DNA of 64,000 nucleotides from assembly GCF_009914755.1 (NCBI RefSeq), contig NC_060939.1, one strand, 5' to 3'. Source of the DNA: the human T2T-CHM13v2.0 reference genome, Homo sapiens. Positions 30,477 through 45,440 of the stretch are shown piece after piece. The translations under genes were made by a program, and so were the position numbers. The notes beneath the pieces are model-generated. The model was not told the origin of the DNA, ran no database searches, and worked only from the letters and a program-made list of their open reading frames with translations. Position 1 is the stretch's first letter. Each line of letters starts with the position of its first letter.

Positions 30477-31844
30477 CGCCCTCGGCAGAGAGACGCAGCT
30501 TCCCTGGGGAAACAGACCCCGGGCTTTGAGTGCTTAGGAGCGGAGCTCAGCCTGAAATAGACAGGCAGCAGCATCCCAGCCCACTCACCTACTGAGGAAA
30601 CTTGAACCTGAGAGCTGAGAGCTAGAGGGACCTCCCGAAATCAGGATCAGTATGGTCATTGCAAGCACTGGCTTTGGAGTTTGTGGATTTGTAATTGAAA
30701 ATCCGCTCAGCACTTTCTAGTTACGTGACCCCGGGCAGGTACTTAACCTCTTGGAGCCTCAGTGGCCTCATTGAACAAAAATTAACACCTGTTTCATGGG
30801 GCTCTCAGGAGGATCAAGGCAATGATGCGTGTAAATTTCTTAGCATAGTGTCTGGCATCTATGAGCACTCAATGAAGGGCAGCCAGTGTTGCTATTAAGG
30901 GTCATGTGATTTGCAGGGTAGTCCCAAAGAGGCGAGGCCCCTGCCCTTCAGTGTCTAGAGCCCCTGTGCTGCTGTGGACACCTGCTTTGGTTCTTCAGTG
31001 GGGCTCACTTTCTGGGACACTGGAGTATCTGAGTCTCTTTCTGCCAAGGAAACTGCCCACGCCCTGACAGACTTGCTTGTCTCCAGATGCCTAAGAATCC
31101 CATTTGGGCCAACAGGTTTGCTGGAGGTCAGTGGGGAGGAGGAGGGCAGTGTGGTCCCTGCTCTGCTATGAATTTGCTGAGGCCTGTGTTGCCTGGAATA
31201 AGTCCCTTGCCCTCTCTGGGCCTCGATTTCTTCACTTAGATCCAGAGGAGCTGCAAGAGATAAGTGTTGGGATCCCTCTCAGTCCAGCTTCAGCATCCTG
31301 CGAGTGCGTCCCCATCCAGGAAACATATGTGCATTTTAACGGGGCCCTTTGCTGGCTAAATGTGAAAGTGTGGTTTGAGGTAAAGAACAGATAGGCTTCT
31401 AGCTAAGGCCCATGGACAAGACAGCTTTTGGACAACTTTTCTCAGTAAAGAGGTGGCATGGGCCTTCCACACTGTCCAACATGCCTTTCCTCTGTCCCTC
31501 CTGGATTACATTGTCCCCAGGATCAGGGTCCCTATCCTCTCTCCACACCACTCAGCACAGTCTGCTGTAAGGAAGGGTCTGAGAGAGTAGTTTTCCCTAA
31601 GGCATGAATGACTGTTAGGGATGGAGCTACCCATTCTGAGGAGATTTGAACTTGGGCAGGAATAGTTTTTTATCCAGAGAAATTAGACTCTATTTATGAA
31701 ATCCCAGCAAGAGACTTTGAAACTGGAAGGATGTTGCCTCCATTCAAGTCACAGCAGCCTCATTGCCTGGCTTTGCTCGGGCAGGTGTGGCTGCCAGGGC
31801 AACTGGTTCAAAAACCTGTGGCACACAGAACGAAGAAGAATGAA

Positions 31845-32845
31845 GACACTGGACGTCATCAGAATCACAAACTTTTGTGCTTCAAAGGATACCATCAAGA
31901 AAGTGAAAGATTATCCCACAGAATAGAAGAGAATATTTGCAAGTTGTGTATCTGACAATAAACTTGTATCCAGAATATGTGAATAACTCTTACAACTCAA
32001 CAACAAAAAGACAAATGCCCAATTTAAAAATGGGCAATGGACTTGAAAAGACATTTCTCCAAAGAAGATATACAAATAGCCAACAAGCACATGAAAAGAG
32101 CTTGGTGTCATTAATCATTAGGGAAATGCAAATCAAAACCACAATGAGATACCACTTCATACTCACTAGGATGGCAATTATTAGAAAGATGAATAACCAT
32201 AGGTGTTGACGAGGATGTGGGGAAATTGGAGCCCTCATGCGTAGTGGGTGGTACTGCAGCCACTTTGGAAAAACAGTTTGGCAGTTACTCAAAGAGTTAA
32301 ACAGAGTTACCATATGACCCAGCAATTCACTCCTAGGTGTATACTCCAGAGAATCAAAAATAGATCTACACAAAACCTCCTATGTGAATATTCATAGCAG
32401 CATTACTCAAAATAGCTAACAAGAGGAAATACCATCCATCAAATGATGAATTGATAAATTAGTATATATCCATACAATGATTTGAATAAGTGAATTCAGC
32501 CATTAAAAAGGAATGATGTACTTATACAGGCTACAACATAGATGAACCTTGGAAATATTATGCTAAGTGAAAAACCCAGAGACACAAAAGGCCACATACT
32601 GTATGATTCCATTTATGTGATGTCCAGAATAGACAGATCCATAGAGACGGAAGTAGATTAGTGGTTGCTGGGGCTTGAAGGAGAGGGGGATGGGGCATGA
32701 CAACTAACAGGTACAGGGTTTGTTTTTAGGGCAATGAAGATGTTCTAGAATTAGATAGTGGTGATGGTTGTACAACTTTATGAATGTGAATGTACTAAAA
32801 ACCACTGAATTGTACACTTTAAAGAGCAAATTTTTATGATATTAG
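31845..32845 (+). mobile_element. L1MB-type ORF2 end and 3' UTR
   Basis: TTTTGTGCTTCAAAGGATACCATCAAGAAAGTG..GAAATGCAAATCAAAACCACAATGAGATACCAC..GATAGTGGTGATGGTTGTACAAC. Confidence 0.9.
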
Positions 32846-32889
32846 AATGCCATTGCACTTTTTTTTTTTTTTTTTCAAAAGCTCACAGA

Positions 32890-33277
<388 letters not shown>

Positions 33278-34039
33278 CTAGTGTATGTGGTGACTCTTCT
33301 TTAGGGCAAATTTTCCATGCAGATGGGAACGCCCCGGGAGGCCCTTTAAAAATGTGTGTGTAGGGTATTTCTGGTGGTCACAATGTTAAGAAGCCACTGC
33401 TGGCATGATTGGGTGGCCTGTGAGAAACCAAGGGTACAAGACACTCTACAATGCGTGGGTCATCTCACAATAGGGGACTGTCTTGCATTCCACGTGACTT
33501 TCGAATGTCTCTCAGGACACTGATGTAGATTAGATGATTATCTAATCTGAAAACTCAACTTTGCTTTACATAATAAACATCAAGCATATTTGCAAGGCTT
33601 TAAAGTATACCAAATTTTCCAAGAATATAGCTGCCCTGTCAGTTGGGAAGACTGCATGACATCTCCTGTTTAATGTCAGTAATCTATCCCCCACAATGAG
33701 ATGTTCTGTGTGAAAATGCTTCTGGGAACATATTTCCTTTCCTTTCATCTCTTTTTGTTTATAGTCTTTCCATTATTCTTAAAGGGAAAAAAGTTATATT
33801 GTTACTGGTTAACCCAGCCCCTTAACCAATTTCCTAAATTCTAACTAAAATACAGTAAAATGCTTATATTTGTAACCAACAGTCATACTAGGTTGTAAGA
33901 TGCTTAAAGCTTTGCTTCTTGGTCACCACATAATTAATATAGACATTAACAAGCAGTTGCTCTGTAAACAGGAACCTGGCCTCTCTTAGTACCAGCAACA
34001 GCCAAGCGGCACCACCCACTTCATTGTCACCGTCATGTT

Positions 34040-34436
34040 TTTCTTTCCTTCTTTCTTTCTTTCTTTCCTTTTCTTTCTTTCTTTCTTTCCTTTCTTTCTT
34101 TCTTTCTTTCTCTCTCTTTCTTTCTTTCCTTTTTTTTTTTTTTTTTTTTTTTTTGAGATGGAGTCTTGCTCTGTCACCCAGGCTGGAGTGCAGTGGCTCA
34201 GTCTCAGCTCACTGCAACCTCTGCCTCCTGGGTTCAAGTGATTCTCATGCCTTAGCCTCCTGAGTAGCTGGGATCACAGGTGTGTGTCACCATGCCCAGC
34301 TTATTTTTGTATTTTTAGTAGAGACAGAATTTTGCCATTTTGGCCAGGCTGGTCCCAAACTCCTGGCCCAAAGTGATCTGCCCACCTTGACCTCCCAAAG
34401 TGCTAGAATTACAAGCACAAGCCACCACACCTAGCC
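34040..34436 (-). mobile_element. AluS with expanded (CTTT)n tail microsatellite (34040-34130)
   Basis: CTTT repeat running into poly-T and Alu. Confidence 0.9.
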
Positions 34437-37400
34437 ACCACTTTCATGTTTTTCAAAACATAACTGCTTTCAGACAGTCTACTAATTGTATTTAGAATGC
34501 ACCTTAATTCTCTTCCTGTACATTATTCCTTTAAAAAAAGTTATATTGAATTTTGGAGACATATACACACATTTTTCCCCATGTAAATACCGGCCAACAA
34601 GCCCTGGAGTGAAGATACATATGTTCTGTTAAGGAGTGGTTGTGCAGGGAGAATGTTACCTGGGGTGGAGTTCTGAGGGTAGACCTGAGCTTTGTTTCTC
34701 CGAGCACAGGAGGTAGTATGATTTTCTAGTCCTGTTGCAGCTTGAAGGACTTTGGAGAATGTCTCATTCTTTTTCAGTTCACAGGGAAAGGGCAAAGAGG
34801 CCTGGAGATTTCTCCAGGGTCATACAGTGCCCATGGTAGAACTGAGCTGGGAACCCAGGCACCTAGCATCCAGATGGACGGCAGCTCTGGGCTTTACGCC
34901 AGGATCTCAGGCTGGCAAATTGGAATACAGGCCACCAGACAGGTCTGGTGGATCAGTCACTTTGCCTTAAGCAAAGCAACCTCCAAACATCAAGTAACTA
35001 ATGTATCGTGTTGTCCCTGCTAGTGGAAGGTTAGTGACTCTTGGTAAACACACCTACTGGCTATTTATAGAACTCAGTCTAGGGACCAGACTGGGCCTTT
35101 CAACACAGTCAAGTCAGGATGTGGGAGCCAAGCAGAGAGGCTGGGAGGTGGGGCCCAATGGTCTGCAAAGCCTGCGCACCTGCTGCTGGGATGGGGAGTT
35201 CAGGGCACTCCTGGCTTCCAAGAAAGCCAACCCCACAGTCCCAAGGTGCTTCTTCCCAGATGGCATTGCAGATACATCTTGATGAGGGTATCCTAGCCTG
35301 GTTTCCCCCGAGCAGGGCCCAAATCAGAGGCTTTTGCAGGATGAGTTCTTTGAGTACATTCCTAGGAAGCTGGGAAGGGGGCAACTGGTCCAAGGAGGCA
35401 TGACGGACTTGCTTCTGCTCAATATGGTGGGGCCTTATAAGAAGCCTCCTGAAAATGAGTCCCAGAACTGCCTGCCTGGGAAAGAAGGGATGCCATTTAT
35501 TCATCCCCCCTTTGATCCGGGTAACCCATGAAGTGTTTATGCTACATTGCATTTGGGTGAGCACCAGGTGGGTTCGGGGCCACTCAGGCAGGAAAGCCTG
35601 GGGCAGATGAAAGAGGGCAGGGAGGAGTCAGAGGTGAGACTGGGACAGCTTGCACCTTCACAAAACAAGCAAAGCTGCGTGGAGCTGGTAGCTTCGGGGC
35701 TGACAGGGATGAGAAAGAAGGACAAGGGGGTCTGCAGTGGTGTCAAGAGGGCATTGGTACAAGTGGCTGGGGGAGATGAAACTAGGAGCAGATTAGCAGT
35801 TGGTGGGAGTCCAAATTCCAGAACACGTGCAATGTGTCTCTTGCCCTGTGCGCAGTGCAAAGGGAAAGGTATAATATATCACAATCAAAAGACAGAAGAT
35901 TTCAATCTCCCCAGAAAGTTCTCTGTGTCCTGTTTTACCCGCCCTCCATCTGCTTTTGATTCTGATAGCAAGAGTGTTATTTGGTCCCTCTTCCCATTCT
36001 TTTTTCTCTCCCTCTCCCTCCATCTCCTTCCATCATTCTCTCTGTTCCTTCTGCTGTGCCCCTTTCTACTCTCCTAAGCTTGCTGGGAGCCTGGCTCACC
36101 TGCTGAACTACACTGGATGCTCTTTGAGAGTAGAAGATGCACCGTGTTAGCTTTTCCATCTGCTCCCATCCCCTGTGAACATGTATCTCAGATGGCAGCC
36201 AGTGGCCCCAGCCCCTGAAAATCTGAAAGGGCGTGACTGAAGTCCTCATTTCATGCCTGAGGGAACCCAAGGCCCTGTAAGATGCAAATTCCTGCAAACT
36301 GTCCCCATCCACGTTGGCTTCAGACTGCTGCCTCAGTGGCGTCTGATTTTCCTTTCACTGTGAGTTTCAGCTGTTTCTTTATCTCTTCCCTGCAGTTGGC
36401 CCAATCGTAGGGCCTGGAACTTTCTCCTTAATCTTCCCATTCTAAAGCCACTGCAGGTAGTAGAAAAGCGACAGAAGATTCTTGGGTCACCAGGAGGTGT
36501 CTCAATGTGCTCCAAACAGCGATAACATCAAAAACCTTTCACGTTTTACATTTTACTTTGAAAAAGTTCTGCCAGCCTCCATGTCAACTGGCTAGTCCTT
36601 CCCCTCCCTTTTGAGTGACGAACTTCCCCCAACACCTGTGGGTCCAGGCCATCGCACTCTGGAGCAAACCAGCCAGGTTCTTTCCATTCTGGACCAGCTC
36701 TGCAGGACCAAGGCCACCTGTGTTCTCAGTCAACACTGTAGCAGAGTTCACCATCAGCAGGAGGTGCTGGAGCTACGGCTCCCATGGGACCCCAGAGCCT
36801 CCTCCATGGTTCCCTCAGGATTCTGGAAGCTCCATCCTGTTAGGTTTGGCCAGAGGCTCCCTGCCTCAGGGGCCTTCTCTCTCTTCATGTCAGCTCCAGT
36901 GGGACCTGGCATAGCTTCATCCTGGGATTGGAGTCAGATCTCAAACAAACCGCCTTTCTCAGGGAGACAAGCACCCCAGAATCCACTAATCTCCTTCTCC
37001 AGCAGCATCGTGTTGCTCTTTGTGATCTTAATCTCTCTTGGCAGACCATGCTGGAAAAAGTGCCAGGGGAAACAGGATCTTTCTGGGTAAAGCCAGGGCT
37101 ACCTCCCAGTCCACTCCCTCACACCACTGGGTGTGCCCTGCCCAGGAAGGAGCGCTTCCTTACAGTGGCGCCTAGCCACAGCCCCACAATTACAAGCTCA
37201 CGAGTTCTCAGAGCTCCCTCTAACTCTCTCTTCGGCTCTGCCAGCCCAGTGCTAGGCTCTGGGCCACTGGGGTTCAGTGAAGGGTCTCCCAGCTCATGTC
37301 CCCTCTGCATGGAGGAGGATGTATGGAGAAGAGGGAAGGGAAAGAATTGGGCTTCCAGATCAGAGGATCTGGGCTTGCCCGCTTTGCCCAGGCAGGGTAG

Positions 37401-37499
37401 GTCACCATGTAGCTGGCTATGTGACCATAGGCCTCAGTGTATGCATCTGTAACCAGGGCATAATATGCCACAATCAAAGGATAGAACATTTCAATCTTC

Positions 37500-38025
37500 T
37501 CTTTGATTGAAGTTCTCTCATGTCCCTTTGTACCTGCCTTCCACCTGCTTTCGGTTGGGGTAGCTGGAGTGTTGGATGATGGAGCTATACAGACAGATTA
37601 TTTCGTGTCTGGCTCTTGCACTCGGCGTGATGTCTGTGAGACTCAACTATGTTGTTGGGTAGATCAGTTGTTTGTGCCTTTGTCATGCTGAGGAGTAATC
37701 CATTGTATGGATAGACCAGAATTTGTTCATCCATTCACCTGTTGTTGGACACCTGAGCTATTTTTGGCTTTTTTCCAGTTTTGGCTATTATGAATAAAGC
37801 TCCTAGAAACTGCCATGTACAGATTTTTGTGTGAACATAAGTTTTCATTTCTCTAGGGTAAAACCAGGGAGAGCAATGACTGAGCCATAGGTTGAATAAA
37901 ATGAAAATTTTATAAGAAATTGCTGAACTGTTTTCCAGAGTGGCTATACCACTTTGCATTTCCACTAGCAGTATATGAGCATTCCAGTTGCTCCACGTCC
38001 TCATCAGCACTTGGTACTGTCTGTC
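37500..38025 (-). mobile_element. Old L1M fragment
   Basis: TTCCAGTTTTGGCTATTATGAATAAAGC..TTTGCATTTCCACTAGCAGT..CCACGTCCTCATCAGCACTTGG. Confidence 0.8.
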
Positions 38026-38399
38026 CTGATTTCTTCCTCCTCTTGTCTCTATCTGCAGCCATTCCCTGTGACCCCAGGCCTACCAGTGCTTCTTATACTC
38101 TTAAGCTCTCCTGCTGTCTCCCATGCCTGCTTCTCAGGCCTGGCTGAGGCCTTAGCATGGGTGGGGACTCTGGGGAGATGCAGAAACTTTCAGGTCACCT
38201 TTATTTGAGATCTGACCTGAGATATAAGTTTAAATGTAGCCTTTTAACTCTACAAAGCAGATAACTTGGGACCTTTTCAGAATCTCTTGGCTCCCTGTCT
38301 CAGGGCCAAGAATCTTACTTTGCTCATTTTAATGGTTCCTTTCTAATTATTCAGGTCCATGCTCAAATGTCACCTTTTCAGAGAGGCCTTTCATGACCT

Positions 38400-38590
38400 C
38401 TGGGAGCAGAGCCAAGCTTTGTGGAGCCTGATGTTTATGTGATTTTTGAGAGTGGTTTTTAGGAAAAAGAATACACAATTGTGAATACAAAATTTGGTCA
38501 GGAAGCATTTATTGTGGGAACAAGAAGGGACCCAAGTGAGCAAGGGGCCCTAAAGCTTAGCTTTATTACCTCGGGGTAAATTCACTTCTG
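38400..38590 (+). mobile_element. MER45 (hAT-Tip100)
   Basis: TTTGTGGAGCCTGA..AGGAAAAAGAATACACAATTGTGAATACAAAATT..GGGGCCCTAAAGCTTAGCTT. Confidence 0.7.
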
Positions 38591-40731
38591 CTGACCTCAC
38601 TACATGAGTTCCTGCTCCTCCATTCCTCTAGTTTAGCCCTGTTCCTTGGTGTCTTCATTTTTACAGCATGCACAGCTACTGATGTCATATTCTATTTGCT
38701 GTCTGACTGGAGAGCATGCTCTATGAGGGTGAGGGGTCATTGGTTCACTGCTACACCCCTGGCCCCCAGAATAGTACCTGGTACATGGTGAGTGCTGGAT
38801 AATTATTGATTAAACACATGAATAAATGCCTTTTGAGTACTACTGGTTTTCTATTTGTGGAAGTGAGTTTGAGTTTTTAAAGTGAGTCAAGTTATAGAAA
38901 AATATTAAGCTCATGGTGCATGGTGGTGACACACAGAAATGGCCAAGGTCACAGTGAAGGAAGTGTGGGGGCTGTGGATGACAGCCTAGGAAGCTGGCAT
39001 TTGGTGAGTGCATGCTATGGACTGTACATTTTCTGTCCATGGTCATCTTGAAGACTCTCGCAGCAACCTGTGAGGTGAACATCTCTATTCCCATTTTGCA
39101 GGAAACAGAGGCTCAGGGAAGTGAAGTCACTCAACCAAGTGTCACACCACCGGCAAGTTTGCACCCAGGTTCTCCCTTTCTCTTGCCCTGGCATGGCCCT
39201 TGAAGCTTCTGACTCCATGGTCCCTAAGGGGATGGTAGAAGTCTAAGAGGGTACTCAGAGCTGAACGCTGGGGAAGTTGGGGTTACAGGCATGGAGAAGA
39301 GTCATTGCATCATGTTTTCTGATGGGCACCAGAGAGGGAAAAGGAAGGCTCTGCACTCCTTCACCCACCTCCCTAACAACATCCCTGCTCAGGTCAACTT
39401 GAACTAGGCCAGCCTGGAATGAAATCATGTTCATTGTTAAACAAAGGCACAAGGGCCTGGCTTCCAAAGAAGGTGAGCTTTGAGCACCTTCCAGGACTTG
39501 ATTTGATTTAGAGAATAGGGAGAGTACCTGGGAGCCCAGAAACCCTTCCTGCATGAGATACCAGAAGTTCCTGCAGTTATAACACCCTTGAGAACCTGGG
39601 TGAACAACTTAACTTGTTTGTGTTAATGTTTTCTCTTGTAGACATGGGCACAAAACCACCCACCTCCCAGGTTGACATGAGGATTAATTAAGGTCATGTA
39701 CATAAAAGTACTAAATATCTGTGAATTCTCTTTCCTCCCCCACTTTTATTAAAAGTCCTTGAACTGTAGATTTTTGGCTAAAGTTATCCTGGTAGCCCTT
39801 GGCTCTCTCTGCTTGGAACACTCACCTTTGCCTCAAGTTCTGCTTCAGGTGTCATTTTCATCCCAGCATCATCATTTTAGTCACAACAGTCTTTTATTTA
39901 GCACCTACTATGTGCCAGGCACTGGACACTCATTCTCTCTTCTTCACCCCAGCTCTGAAAACTAAACTTTATGACTCCCATTTTGTTGCTGAAGAGAATG
40001 AGGCCTGACAGGTAGTAAGCAGTGCAGCTAAGTTGAGGAGGAAAGCTCTTGCTCCATTTTCTAAGCCACTTGCCTCCTCTCCTGTGTTCCTCTCCACTGC
40101 CTACTCCAAGCCCAGAATGCTACATGGCTTGACTTTTACACAATGGAATATTTATTTATTGAACTCCCACTCTGTGTGGGGCAGGGTCCTTCCCAGCCCA
40201 GGACCGAGGGAGAGGACAGCCTCACTGTTGCCTTCAGGGAGCTCAGAGAGTAGCAGGGAGACAGATGAGTAGTAAGGAGTTCCGGAGGAATGGGGCAAGT
40301 GCAGATTAGCAGGAGGGATGCGGTGCTACGGGGCACCTGCATCTGTCGGGGAGGCAGGGAGTCTAGAATGTGAGCCATCCAAATGGGATTTATCAATACC
40401 CTCTCAGTGCTTTGCGTGCATATGTATGTGCATGCAAGTGTAAAGTGATGGTGATAAAGATTAACGAGACATCGTTGCTACCTCAACTTATGGTGGTTGT
40501 GCAGTGCCCCCAGCCATCTCCCTCCATCTCGAATCTCAATTTTCACATCTTTAAAGTGAAAGTTTTGACACAAGCATAGGTCTACACACTGGAACTTGTT
40601 GATGGCAATTTGGCACTTTTAAAATCCATAGGCAAAATGTTTATAATGGAAGTCCTTACTTCTGACACATTAACTTGAGAAGCAGACTTAAAAATATACA
40701 TATGGTTTCAACTTTTTACTACGGAATTTTA

Positions 40732-40845
40732 AATATATATATTTTATATATAATATATATATTCTATTATAATATATTCTATATATCTTACATATATTTT
40801 ATATATATATATTATATATAATATATATAATATATATATAAAATA
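40732..40845. repeat. (TA)n-rich low-complexity tract
   Basis: Degenerate TA dinucleotide repeat. Confidence 0.9.
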
Positions 40846-43609
40846 GAATAAGATCATGAAGCCCTATGTACCCAGAACCTGGCTTCATTAGTTATCCACA
40901 TTATGCCATTCTTAAAGAATCTTGATTAATTAAATAAATAGATATTTTGCAAAACATTGAATGTAATTCGTGTAATGCCTATTGTTGTTTTTCTCTGATT
41001 AAAGAACTAGAAAAGATTTTAAAATATTTACAATGTTTGTTGGAGAAGCTAATATAGACACACATCTGTTATCTGTCTACAGTAACTTTAAAGGTGCATG
41101 GTGGAGAATTCAGATTCTTTGGCTAGAGGGAATCTGGCCAGGGAAACACCCCACTAGTCTGTCTCTTGAAGACCTAGCATTCTGTGATTCTCTTATCTGT
41201 AGAGAGAAAAAGCCCATTTATAACTTTTCTAGTCTGGTTTTAAATGTGGTGGCAAAGATTCAGGAATGTGTTTGCTTGGAACTCGTAACCCTTGGAGATT
41301 CACTTAGAAAACAAGGCCTCGTTGTCTCCTATTCTGACTCCCAGGACACATTTTAATGAAATGCCCTCAAACCCAAATTGGCTTCAGCCTAACTCACAGC
41401 AACCGCAGTACTCTGGGGAAAAAACAGAAACCAGGGGGGCAGAAAATGTGGCTTTGAGCCTCAGCTCTGTACCCACTAGCTGTGTGGCCTTGAGAAAGTT
41501 GCTTTTCCTTTCTGAGCCTCCATTGCCTCATCTGTAAATGGGTTTTCACCTGGGCCTTCTCTGTGGATTCTTCCAACTCTGGGTGGCTGTGGTCTGTGGC
41601 CAAGTGCAAGGAAGGAGTGTTAAACACCATGCAAGCCATGGTAGATGTGTGTACTTGTTCATTTATTCTTCAGGAAATGATATGCTAGAGGGCTTTGATA
41701 TACTTTAGAAAGGTCAACAGTTTTCTCTGAGTTTATTAGATGCTCTGCACTTAACAAGCATGAGCCAGATGTCAACTGGGGGCACTTAAGATCTATCAGA
41801 ATGGCTTGAATCCCCATTCCAAAGCCCCCTTCACTCCTGCAAAGATTGCTATGAGTCCCTGAGGGACCCTATGTTCTCGAGGTGCAAATCCAGTAACCCT
41901 CTCTCTCTCTTCACTTTACATGGCCCAGAAGTGAAATCAGTCCATTGCTGCTCCACCCCCAAGAGACCCACATACATGAAGATCTGGGAGCATGACAGAC
42001 TTCCCTTTGGGAGCAAGCCACAGTGAGCGTCGCCCCACACGTAATTTAGAATCATGCAGCAGCCTTCCTTGTTTTAAAATGTTGACCCAGCTCTTTGCCC
42101 TCCACACTGCCTAACCTTGCCCTACCTTCCTGGTTTCCTTCTTTCCTCCTTTTGTTTTTGGATGCCCTCTCCTTCTCTCCCTTGGATGTCCAAATACATT
42201 TCCTTCTGTTTTGCAGAGCAGTTCAGCATTGCTCCAACCTGCAAATGCACACACTCAAACCTGTCAAGGTGCTCACCAGGCAAAAAGATTTCCACTTAAC
42301 AGGATCAGCCTTCCACAGAAAGGACTTGTTATCATACAGATTAAAAAAAAAAAAAGAGTTACACAAGAATATAGCCCTAAAACCATTTGGGTAGGGTTCA
42401 GGGGTGATGATACTACTTCTGGTTTATTGTCAGAAAGATCTGGCCTTACGCTATGAGAACATCCTGCAGCATTCAACAAGACTCTTTCCTCCCTGGTGGC
42501 TGCCCACGCTTGCTCTCCTGGTTCTCTCCTTTCCTCTGCAATGGCGTCTTCTCTGCCTCCTCCTCTTTGGACCTCTGGGCTGCCTGTGTGGGAGTGAAGG
42601 AGAACTCAGGAGTTTGGCTTTGAGCATCCGTGCAATCGGCTTCTCCTGGGGGCCAGAGCTGGGCACAGTTCACTCTTCCTGATGCTCTCACACAATGAAT
42701 CTTTAGGCTCAACTCGTGAGTCTTTAGAGCTGGTTCCAGAGAATGAACTTGATGAGGGATGCAGAGAATGGAAGTCAAGAAGCAGCCACAGAAACTGATA
42801 CAGTTTGACAAGGCTGGGAAGGGGCAGTGGCACCTGGGAGAGGGAAGCAGCCTCCTACCCATGTCCAGAACTCTCCAGTGTGTGCTAGTTTACGTGAAGA
42901 GCTGGAAAGAATGGTCTGTGCTGTTGCACAGGGGTGGACTTTGGCTCTGAGTGGAAAGTGACTCGCCTTGGTTCCCACACCGAAGAAAACCTGGTCTTGT
43001 GCCTCGAGATGTGGCTGGAGGATTGCCGGAGAAAACAAAAGAATAAGGGAGTGGGGAGTGGGGTATGGGTGTGTGCAAATTTCTTCACAGAGATTTGTGA
43101 GCTGAGCCTTGAAAGATGAATGTGGACACTTGCCAGGCTGATCCACTTTGATAGGCAAATAAGTCTGGGTGGGACGGGGCTGCGAGAGAAAAGCTCACTC
43201 CCGTCCAAGAGAGCAAGTCACACAATCAAGGCCTGGAGGCTGAACAGCTGGCATGTCTGGTGAACCACAGACAGTCCTGTGAGGCTGGATTGGAAAGGTT
43301 GTTGGGTGAAAGATGAGGCTTTTGTAAGCTCTGCTGAGACATTTGGGCTCTGTCTTGTAGGTCTCAGAGAGTCATGGGAGAGTTCTAAGTAGGCAAGTGA
43401 CATTGTCAGATGCATGCCTTGGAAAGATGCCTTTGGCTGCTGGGTGACTTCCAGGGGCCAATGTGGAGCTGGGAGCCCAGTTATGCCTCTGTTGCATCAT
43501 CTAAGCAAAAATTGTGACAGGGCCTTGGCATAAAGGGAATGGAAAGGAGCAAATAGACATCACGGAGGTAGAATTTATAAAGTGTAGTGGATAAATGTGA
43601 GAAGTAATA

Positions 43610-45290
43610 TTATATGTCTGGTTCATTTTAACTGCTGCATAATATTCTATTGGGTGAATGAATCGCATTTTAGATTTTCATTCTCCTAGTGATAGTTATT
43701 TCCACTTCCTCACTATTACAAACAGGACTTGGATGAACACCTTCGTACTTGCACATGTGAGAAACTGTCCTTAGGGTGGTTATTTATAATTGGTTTTTCT
43801 GAGTTGAGAGGTTTGCACATCTTTAAATCTACAGGATATTCTCAAATTCCTCCTTAAAGTGGTTGTACCAATACACCTTCCCATCAAGTAGAGGCACTCC
43901 CTTTCCCTGTTTCTTTCAAGTTTGTTATCAGACTTGCAAGATTTTGCCAATCTGATTGGTGTGAAATGGAATCTTTCTATTGTTTCAATTTGTTTCCCTG
44001 ACTATTGGTGAGATTAAGTCTATTTTAATACATGTCACTATTTTCTTCTGTAAATTGTCTGTTCATATGTTTTGCACAATTCTCTGTTGGATTGTTTGTC
44101 TTTTTCTTACTGATTTGTTGAAGTTCTTTATATATTCTAAATACTAATCCTTTGTTGGTAAAATATCTTTTTTCAATCAGTGACTTTTCCATTTCATTTA
44201 TAAAAGTCTTTGTTAGGCAGAAATTTTAAATTTTAATATATTCTAAAATTTCAAAAATTTCCTATATAGTTTGTAGTTAATGTATTTTGATTAAATGTTT
44301 TTTTCTATGCTGAAATATTCTTCTGTATTTCTTCTATTTATTTTTTCTCTAAAAATTTAAAAGTGTTGATTTTTCACATTTGTATCTTTAATCTGCTTGA
44401 ATTGTGTGTGTGTGTGCCATGTGATGAAAAGGCCTAATTTTACCTTTTTCTTAAGTGGTTAGCCAGTTTTCCCATTACTATTTATAGAATAATTCATTTC
44501 TTCATTCATTACTTACAGAAAAATTCATTATACTCATTTGTAATTCCATACCTGTTATATATTGCCTATGTTTATAGGTTTATTTCTGGGCTCTATGTTT
44601 TATTCCATGGTGTATTTGCCTATTCTTAGAGCAACATCACACTGTTTTAACTGCAATAGCTTTATAATAATTTGTTTTATCTGGCAAGATAAGTCTCTCA
44701 ATTTTGGTTCTTTTATTTCAAAGTTGCCTTGGCTGTTCTTAGCCCTCTTTACTTCCGTATTAATTTTAAGATCATTTAATCAAGTCCTGTGAAAAAAATC
44801 CTTTGGGATTTAAGTGGGAATTACATTAAATTTGTAGCCATAATTTGGCAGAAATTGCTGTTTTTAAGATATGGAGTCTTTCCATCTGTAGACATGGTAT
44901 ACCACTCTATTATTTAAGTCTTCTTCAATACCCTTCAATATAGTTTTACATTTTTCTTGCTATACTATAAATCTCTTGAGAGTTTTTTGTTAGATTTAAT
45001 TCTAGAAAACATGATTTCTCATTTTAAAGAAAATATGTCTAATGTTTTACCACTGAGTACAATATTTTCTGCATATTTTTCAAAGATGTCTTTAATCAGG
45101 TTAAGGAAGGTCCCGCTTTCCCAAATTCTCTATGAGAATTCTCTTTTTTCTTTTTTTGGCTTTTGTTTTTAACATGAAGCTTTGAATTAAAATATAGATG
45201 TAAATTTTATCAAAATGTTTGTATAGTTTTTTTATTTGTTAATTTGATAAATTATGTTAGTCATTTTTCTGAAGTTAAACTCTCCTTGCT
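43610..45290 (-). mobile_element. Old L1M fragment (degenerate ORF2 region)
   Basis: T-rich; GGTGTGAAATGG..TTTCCCTGACT..GTTCTTTATATATTCT..TAGCTTTATAATA blocks. Confidence 0.75.
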
Positions 45291-45307
45291 TTCTGAGGTG
45301 TTACTTG

Positions 45308-45440
45308 GATAGACAGATAACAGGTAGAGAGATAGCTAGACAGGTGATAGGTAGATAGATAGCTAGATAGGTGATAGGTAGATAGATAGCTAGATATGTG
45401 ATAGAGAGGTAGATAGATAGATGATAGATAGATAAATAGA
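45308..45440 (+). repeat. Compound (GATA)n microsatellite
   Basis: GATA/GGTA/GACA tetranucleotide array. Confidence 0.9.

Noticed and set aside
31911-32373. ORFs resembling the L1 ORF2 C-terminus (IREMQIKTTMRYH)
   Set aside because: This is a frameshifted fragment of an ancient L1MB, not a functional gene.
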